A model generated the notes under the pieces. It saw only the letters and a list, made by a program, of their open reading frames with translations. It searched no databases and was not told the origin of the DNA. From contig NZ_JANUCQ010000001.1 in the NCBI RefSeq assembly GCF_024807035.1, forward strand, positions 285,990-309,989: a stretch of 24,000 nucleotides of DNA, given 5' to 3'. The stretch's first letter is position 1. Every line of letters begins with the position of its first letter. The translations under genes were made by a program, and so were the position numbers. Below, in pieces: positions 18,783 through 24,000 of this stretch. Source of the DNA: Methanococcus voltae PS. GTDB taxonomy: Archaea > AGJL01 > Methanococci > Methanococcales > Methanococcaceae.

Positions 18783-19112
18783 TATTAACAAATTTATTGG
18801 TAAATAATAACTACTTACTAAATATAAATTTAAATAAACAAATTAAAAATAGAAGGACGCTATTGATTTAATAGGTGCACTAAAGTATATAAAATAAGTT
18901 ATTACTTGTAATACGCTAATAAAATGGGAAATGATTATGTTGTGGAGCTTAATCATTAATATAGGTAATATATGTTCAATATTGTGGAGTTTTGAACATA
19001 ATTACAACTATGTTCTTGTTATTTAGTATTATGTAGTATTATTTGTCAGGATTATTCAATTATTTCTGCAAATGGTTTATACTGTATATCCTATTTTTGT
19101 GTAAATATTTGA

Positions 19113-19139
19113 TTAATTCGTTTAATTCGTTTAATTCGT
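19113..19139. repeat. Tandem repeat (TTAATTCGT) x3 plus partial, period 9
   Basis: Three perfect copies end about 60 nt before the agcS ATG, just upstream of a TATA-like TTTATATTTT (19149-19158). Confidence 0.95.
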
Positions 19140-19198
19140 TTATTTTGATTTATATTTTGTAATATTACAATATTTTTATGTTGGAGTGATGTGATATC

Positions 19199-20623
19199 AT
19201 GTTAGACGTTTTTATGTCCTTTATGGGCGAATTGAATGGAATTGTATGGGGGCCGTATATGCTTGCTTTATTGGTAGGTACTGGTGTAATTCTTACAATT
19301 CTTTTAAAAGGTTATCAATTTAAGGAATTACCTTACGCTTTTAAATTAATGTTTAAAAAATCCGATAAAAAAGTACAAGGAGATATTTCTCCATTCCAAG
19401 CTTTAACTACCGCTTTATCTGCTACAATTGGTACAGGTAACATTGTAGGGGTTGCTACTGCATTTACATTCGGAGGTCCTGGTGCCATATTTTGGATGTG
19501 GATTGCTGCATTATTTGGTATGGCTACAAAATACGCTGAAGCAGTTTTAGCTGTTAAATATAGGGTTGTGGACGATGCTGGAGAAATGGCAGGAGGTCCA
19601 ATGTACTATATTGAAAAGGGTGCAGGAATCAAATGGTTAGCTGTTTTATTTGCTTTCTTCGGAGCTTTTGCAGCATTCGGTATTGGTAACGTAGCACAGG
19701 TTAACTCAATAGTTGATGTATTGTCACCATTATTATCACCTGCAATAACTACGGCTTTATCACCTGTATTATCATCAATCATACCTGTAGACCTTATAGG
19801 TAGATTAGGAATTGGGGTATTAATTGCAATTTTGGTTGCAGCTGTGACCATGGGTGGTATTAAGTCTATTGGTAGAGTAACATCATATATTGTTCCATTT
19901 ATGGCAGTATTCTACTTTATAGCAGGTGTAGCTGTTTTATTATTGAATTTACAATACATAATTCCTGCAATATCTTACATACTCAGTGACGCATTCACAG
20001 GAGCCGCAGTTGCAGGAGGTGCAATTGGTACGGTTATGAGATACGGGGTTGCAAGAGGTGTATTTTCAAACGAAGCAGGTTTGGGTAGTGCTCCGATTGC
20101 TGCAGCAGCTGCTAAAACTGACCACCCTGGAAGACAGGGTTTAATTTCAATGACTGGTACATTTATTGATACAATAATTATATGTTCAATAACTGGTTTA
20201 GCATTAACAATAGCTACATTAAAATCTGGTCTTTTAACAAGCGGTTTAGAAGGCGCACAGCTTACAATTGCTGCATTCAACTCTTTACTTCCAAACAGTG
20301 GATGGATTATAACAATGGCATTGCCATTCTTCGCATACACAACAATATTAGGTTGGACATACTACGGTGAAAAATGTTTGGAATATTTAGCATGTAGTTC
20401 AAAAATAGCAAATTTCTACAGAATAATTTTCGTTTTAGTAGTTATTTGGGGTTCAACAGCTGATTTAACACTTGTATGGGATATCGCAGATACTTTAAAC
20501 GGAGCAATGGCTATTCCTAACTTAATTGGTATATTATTACTCTTGAAAGTTGTAGTATCTGAAACAAAAGACTTCCAAAAGATTAAAAAAGCAGAAGCAA
20601 CAGCTGAATCAACTCAAAAATAA
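19199..20623 (+). CDS. agcS: Alanine (amino acid):sodium symporter, AGCS family
   Basis: The 474 aa polytopic membrane protein carries the AGCS signature FQALTTALSATIGTGNIVGVATA plus FSNEAGLGSAPIAAAAAKTDHP. The RBS is GGAGTGAT. Confidence 0.9.
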   Translation: MLDVFMSFMGELNGIVWGPYMLALLVGTGVILTILLKGYQFKELPYAFKLMFKKSDKKVQGDISPFQALTTALSATIGTGNIVGVATAFTFGGPGAIFWMWIAALFGMATKYAEAVLAVKYRVVDDAGEMAGGPMYYIEKGAGIKWLAVLFAFFGAFAAFGIGNVAQVNSIVDVLSPLLSPAITTALSPVLSSIIPVDLIGRLGIGVLIAILVAAVTMGGIKSIGRVTSYIVPFMAVFYFIAGVAVLLLNLQYIIPAISYILSDAFTGAAVAGGAIGTVMRYGVARGVFSNEAGLGSAPIAAAAAKTDHPGRQGLISMTGTFIDTIIICSITGLALTIATLKSGLLTSGLEGAQLTIAAFNSLLPNSGWIITMALPFFAYTTILGWTYYGEKCLEYLACSSKIANFYRIIFVLVVIWGSTADLTLVWDIADTLNGAMAIPNLIGILLLLKVVVSETKDFQKIKKAEATAESTQK

Positions 20624-20680
20624 ATTTATAATAGTTTAATCCACTATTCTAAATATATTCAAATATATTATTACATTTTT

Positions 20681-20710
20681 ATTTTAATTTATTTTAATTT
20701 ATTTTAATTT
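20681..20710. repeat. Tandem repeat (ATTTTAATTT) x3, period 10
   Basis: Three perfect copies lie about 60 nt after the agcS stop. The T-rich sequence may double as a terminator. Confidence 0.95.
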
Positions 20711-20820
20711 TGTTTACGTTTATTTTTTATGATTTATAAAAAAATTACACAAAGTTTTTATTTAATTAGTAATTTAATAGTAATGATTATATTATATTTG
20801 AGATAATATATTATAAATTA

Positions 20821-20844
20821 AAATTATTATAAAATTATTATAAA
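20821..20844. repeat. Tandem repeat (AAATTATTATA) x2 plus 2 nt, period 11
   Basis: Read directly, upstream of gatA. Confidence 0.85.
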
Positions 20845-20903
20845 GATATAGATTAAATTTTATTCACTATTATACGGAGTTAGCATATTGTTAAGGTGAT
20901 TTA

Positions 20904-22205
20904 ATGATTATAGATAGAGCTCAAAAATACTTGGAAAAAATAGAAAAATCTGACTTAAACGCTTTCATTGAAGTAAATCCTGAAAGAGTTTTAAATGAAG
21001 CTCAAGAATTGGAAAAAAATGAAGCTTTAAAAAACAAACCATTATATGGTAAAATAATAGGTGTTAAGTCAAACATCAATGTCGAGGGGTATACAATCTC
21101 TTGCGCATCTAAAACATTAAGTAACTACGTTGGAACTTATGATGCAACAGTTGTAAAAAAATTAAGGTCACAAGGTGCTTTAATTATTGGTATGACAAAC
21201 ATGGACGAGTTTGCAAGTGGTAGTAGTGGTGAAACATCTTACTACGGGGCAACAAAAAACCCTGCAGCTTTAGATAGGATACCTGGCGGTTCAAGTAGTG
21301 GTAGCGCTTCAGCAGTAGCTGGAGATTTGTGTGACATGACTTTAGGTAGTGATACAGGCGGTAGTATTAGGAACCCTGCAAGTCATTGTGGCGTAGTTGG
21401 TTTTAAACCATCTTACGGCGTTGTAAGTAGGCAAGGTTTATGCGATTTATCAATGAGTCTCGACCAAATCGGACCTTTAGCTAAAAACGCAGAAGATGCT
21501 TTATTATTAACAAATGCAATCAAAGGAAAAGATATTTCAGAAACTACTTCATTGGCTACACCTAAATTTAATAAAAACACTGAAGCAGTTAAAAACTACA
21601 AAGTAGGAGTAGTTAAAGAGTTTATGGACGTCACCGATGATAAAATTAGAAGCAACATTGAAAAAGGTATTCAAGCTTTAGAAGATATCGGTTGTGAAAT
21701 CGTAGAATTAAACTACAATTACACTGACATAGCATTACCTACTTACTATTTGATAAACTATGTTGAATTCTTTTCAGCTACAAGGAAATATGATGGTAGA
21801 AGGTACGGATACCAAATAGAAGAAGCTTGTGGCGAAGAAGTACTTAGAAGAATTTTAATCGGTAAAACAATCAGTGAACAGGAATTCAGTGGAAAATACT
21901 ATAAAAAAGCACTTCAGGCAAGAAGAACAATGAAAGCAGAAATGATAAAATTGTTTGACAAAGTAGACATTATTGCAGGTCCAACAGTTCCTAAATTACC
22001 TCACAAGTTAGGGGAAGAAATTTCGCCAATGGATATGTATGCTTACGATGTTCTAACAGTTCCTACGAACTTATGTGGTATTTGCGCAGGTGTTGTAAGA
22101 TGTGGAGATATTAACGGCATACCTGTTGGTTTACAATTGCAAGGGGCTCCTTTAGGCGATGAAAAAGTATTAAACACAATGATTGAATTTGAAAATAGAT
22201 TCTAA
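20904..22205 (+). CDS. gatA: Glutamyl/aspartyl-tRNA amidotransferase subunit A
   Basis: The amidase signature GGSSSGSASAVA...GSDTGGSIRNPASHCGVVGFKPSYG is present. The 433 aa length is the short archaeal GatA form. The RBS is GGTGAT. Confidence 0.92.
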   Translation: MIIDRAQKYLEKIEKSDLNAFIEVNPERVLNEAQELEKNEALKNKPLYGKIIGVKSNINVEGYTISCASKTLSNYVGTYDATVVKKLRSQGALIIGMTNMDEFASGSSGETSYYGATKNPAALDRIPGGSSSGSASAVAGDLCDMTLGSDTGGSIRNPASHCGVVGFKPSYGVVSRQGLCDLSMSLDQIGPLAKNAEDALLLTNAIKGKDISETTSLATPKFNKNTEAVKNYKVGVVKEFMDVTDDKIRSNIEKGIQALEDIGCEIVELNYNYTDIALPTYYLINYVEFFSATRKYDGRRYGYQIEEACGEEVLRRILIGKTISEQEFSGKYYKKALQARRTMKAEMIKLFDKVDIIAGPTVPKLPHKLGEEISPMDMYAYDVLTVPTNLCGICAGVVRCGDINGIPVGLQLQGAPLGDEKVLNTMIEFENRF

Positions 22206-22265
22206 ATAAAAACTTTATTTTTTTAATTTACTTTTTTAATTTTTATATATAGCTTAGGTATAACC

Positions 22266-22298
22266 TAGATATAATTTAGATATAATTTAGATATAATT
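22266..22298. repeat. Tandem repeat (TAGATATAATT) x3, period 11
   Basis: Three perfect copies, then a degenerate TAAATACAACTT, lie in the convergent spacer after gatA. Confidence 0.95.
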
Positions 22299-22408
22299 TA
22301 AATACAACTTTTAAATTTAGATTTTAACTCTTTTAAACAATTAACATAATTTAAAAAATAAGAAAAATAATATTTTATATATTTATTAGATATTTTATTT
22401 TTAGTACC

Positions 22409-22750
22409 TTAGAATTCTACAACGTCGATTTCTTCGAGAGGTATATCTTTTAAAGCTTTTCCTATTGAAGCTTTTGCAATTCTAAGGGCATGTTCCGGAC
22501 TTTCTGCGTTAAATACTCTCATTGATAGGATGATACCTACAATTGCAGTTCTCGCAACCACTAACACGCAATCAACTGGTTCGCTACATTCAGGACATAA
22601 GGTTAAACCTAACTCGATGTCTACGTAGTCTAATTTTCCCTTGTTCAAAGCTTTACCTATTTGGGAAATTGCAATACCTATTGCATCTTCTGCATCTTCT
22701 ACATTCTTTGCAACATACGCTGCTTGTAATTTTACGTGATAATTTGTCAT
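22409..22750 (-). CDS. Small conserved archaeal protein, UPF0212 / DUF555-like (113 aa)
   Basis: The protein shows an internally duplicated ferredoxin-like pattern ([20 protein letters not shown] ... [18 protein letters not shown]) flanking a CPEC motif. GGTGAA is the RBS. The family name is from memory. Confidence 0.6.
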   Translation of the reverse strand: MTNYHVKLQAAYVAKNVEDAEDAIGIAISQIGKALNKGKLDYVDIELGLTLCPECSEPVDCVLVVARTAIVGIILSMRVFNAESPEHALRIAKASIGKALKDIPLEEIDVVEF

Positions 22751-22795
22751 TTTTTCACCAATCTCACTGTTCTCGCTATTCGCTATACTTTATCT

Positions 22796-23128
22796 CTATT
22801 TTGCTAATGTAAATCTCACATCGTCGTCGCCTACATTGAAAATGCCAAGTCTAGCACCTGCATCTATCCAACCATAAGCATAATTTAACGAAGCAAATGC
22901 GTTTATATAGTCTCCTTTTTGTATAAATGCCTTTGCATCTGAGAAGTAACACTCTATCATAGTCATGAAATCTAGGGCTACATCGTAAAGTAAGCTTTTT
23001 TCAGACGGCATTCCTTTTTTTATGATAGATATGGCTTCCTCTGTTCTATCATAATAGTTTTCTATTTTTGCATAGGATATTACATCTTGCTTTTGATTTT
23101 CATATTCGGGGTTGATTTTTATTTCCAA
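22796..23128 (-). CDS. DUF357-like helical protein (110 aa)
   Basis: The C-terminal block [21 protein letters not shown] is typical of DUF357 as I recall it. It has a TTG start with GGTG 7 nt upstream, and the next in-frame ATG is far downstream. It lies 45 nt upstream of the UPF0212-like gene, so the two are probably one operon. Confidence 0.6.
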   Translation of the reverse strand: MEIKINPEYENQKQDVISYAKIENYYDRTEEAISIIKKGMPSEKSLLYDVALDFMTMIECYFSDAKAFIQKGDYINAFASLNYAYGWIDAGARLGIFNVGDDDVRFTLAK

Positions 23129-23402
23129 GTTTACACCATGTATATTTTATTAATTTCATATTTATTCTATATATTGTATAACTATTATATCATATATTAA
23201 CACTCGATTAATTCTACAATATGCTAATTTATTTTAATTGTACCTACATTTTAATTTCTAATATTTATTACTTTATTTGTAAATAGTGTACATTTTATGA
23301 ATTTATCTCTAATATTTGGATAAATTTAATTGATTTTTGTATTAATTTTATCGACATTTTATACGACATTTGACTTACAATAAAAATCTTTATATATTAT
23401 AT

Positions 23403-23428
23403 AATTATAATGATTAATCATTATAATT
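23403..23428. promoter_or_regulatory. Perfect 26-bp palindrome AATTATAATGATTAATCATTATAATT
   Basis: I verified it is its own reverse complement base by base. It lies about 205 nt upstream of porC and about 275 nt upstream of the divergent DUF357-like gene. Confidence 0.5.
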
Positions 23429-23493
23429 CTAATGTCTCATATATTATTTACTATATTTTATAAAAATAATAATTGACAATACTGATTGAATTT

Positions 23494-23515
23494 GTGACAT
23501 AAAAGTGACATAAAA
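23494..23515. repeat. Tandem repeat (GTGACATAAAA) x2, period 11
   Basis: Two perfect copies lie about 120-140 nt upstream of porC. Confidence 0.9.
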
Positions 23516-23528
23516 ATATGGCATGGAT

Positions 23529-23563
23529 AATCATACTAATCATACTAATCAATACTGTAATCA
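23529..23563. repeat. Tandem repeat (AATCATACT) x2 plus degenerate copies (AATCAATACT, GTAATCA), period 9-10
   Basis: Read directly, about 70-105 nt upstream of porC. Confidence 0.8.
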
Positions 23564-23632
23564 AAAATATCAAATTATCAAAAAAATTAATAATAAGTTA
23601 ATAACATTAAGCGACCGTTTTGAGGTGGACAA

Positions 23633-24000
23633 ATGATTGAAGTTAGGTTTCACGGAAGAGGTGGACAAGGTGCAGTGACTGCTGCTCAAATTCTTGCCAA
23701 AGCTTCATTTTACGACGGTAAATTCTGTCAAGCATTCCCATTTTTCGGAGTAGAAAGAAGGGGCGCTCCCGTTATGGCATTCACAAGGATAAATGATGAA
23801 AAAATAAGATTAAGAACCCAAATTTATGCGCCAAACTTTGTAATTGTTCAAGACCCTACACTATTGGATACAACAGACGTTACAAGCGGTTTGCAAAAAG
23901 GCGGATTAATTTTAATAAACACATTAAAAGACATCCATTTGGAAGGATACGACGTTAAAACAATCGACGCAACAGGAATTGCACTAGACGTTTTAGGAGT
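23633..24000 (+). CDS. porC: Pyruvate:ferredoxin oxidoreductase gamma subunit; 3' end lies outside the window
   Basis: This ORF is absent from the ORF track because it has no stop within the window. My translation is [53 protein letters not shown]..., the canonical N terminus of 2-oxoacid:ferredoxin oxidoreductase gamma subunits. GAGGTGGA lies 3 nt before the ATG. Confidence 0.88.
   Translation, partial: MIEVRFHGRGGQGAVTAAQILAKASFYDGKFCQAFPFFGVERRGAPVMAFTRINDEKIRLRTQIYAPNFVIVQDPTLLDTTDVTSGLQKGGLILINTLKDIHLEGYDVKTIDATGIALDVLG

Noticed and set aside
17795-19198. Replication origin (oriC) in the long AT-rich ORF-free region
   Set aside because: No cdc6/orc1 gene is adjacent, and I could not find ORB/mini-ORB-like elements (GGA/TCC-containing conserved boxes repeated in inverted orientation around an unwinding element). 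The TTGTGGAG motif occurs only twice in direct orientation inside hairpins. A marker-frequency or Z-curve analysis of the whole genome would be needed to revisit this.
40-22812. Other short antisense or overlapping track ORFs: 40-261, 3946-4128, 4579-4941, 5835-6041, 6759-6941, 7170-7376, 8596-8868, 9184-9384, 10125-10313, 10459-10743, 11170-11403, 11274-11519, 12487-12690, 12753-12968, 12978-13229, 13641-13835, 14093-14290, 14922-15104, 15842-16042, 19606-19851, 19975-20340, 20182-20370 and 22543-22812
   Set aside because: Each lies inside or opposite a well-supported gene, lacks a Shine-Dalgarno motif, and translates to Ser/Leu/Phe/Ile-rich low-complexity sequence characteristic of the reverse frames of AT-rich genes.
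2775-23563. Whether the short repeats are a CRISPR array or mobile-element termini
   Set aside because: The copies are directly abutting with no spacers. The units are only 8-12 bp long and differ at every locus. No cas, transposase or integrase genes, inverted terminal repeats or target-site duplications are present.
1-24000. Selenocysteine (in-frame TGA) or frameshifted, split genes
   Set aside because: Methanococci encode selenoproteins, but none of the known families (Fdh, Fru/Vhu hydrogenase subunits, HdrA, Fwd, SelD) is in this window. No pair of adjacent same-strand ORFs looks like one gene interrupted by TGA or a frameshift.

Overview
This is an AT-rich archaeal chromosome segment with the hallmarks of a Methanococcus-type (Methanococcales) genome. 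GGTGA/GGAGG Shine-Dalgarno motifs sit 5-9 nt before most starts, promoters carry TATA boxes, and terminators are oligo-T runs. The gene content is housekeeping. It comprises a DapL-type aminotransferase (5' truncated), a TldD/PmbA peptidase, secF-secD, a UPF0104 membrane protein, pyrE, a secreted S-layer-related protein, a translationally coupled pair I read as hcgB-hcgC ([Fe]-hydrogenase cofactor biosynthesis), pheS, a TIGR01212-type radical SAM protein, an HTH regulator, ftsZ, the SRP (7S) RNA, the alanine:Na+ symporter agcS, gatA, two small conserved archaeal proteins (UPF0212/DUF555-like and DUF357-like), and the 5' end of the pyruvate:ferredoxin oxidoreductase operon (porC). I see no mobile elements, CRISPR array, defence island, tRNA/rRNA or selenoprotein recoding, and I cannot support a new multi-gene system in this window. 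The unusual signal is in the non-coding DNA. By my annotation about 5.8 kb (24%) is intergenic. Most spacers 180 nt or longer, and the 148-nt secF-secD spacer, carry their own short perfect tandem repeat (unit 8-12 bp, 2-4 copies). A 1.4 kb ORF-free stretch lies between the SRP RNA and agcS. It contains two neighbouring hairpins with different stems but nearly identical 12-nt loops (TTGTGGAG core), framed by a TATA box and an oligo-T run. A perfect 26-bp palindrome lies upstream of the por operon. All functional calls rest on motif recognition by eye; no database search was run.
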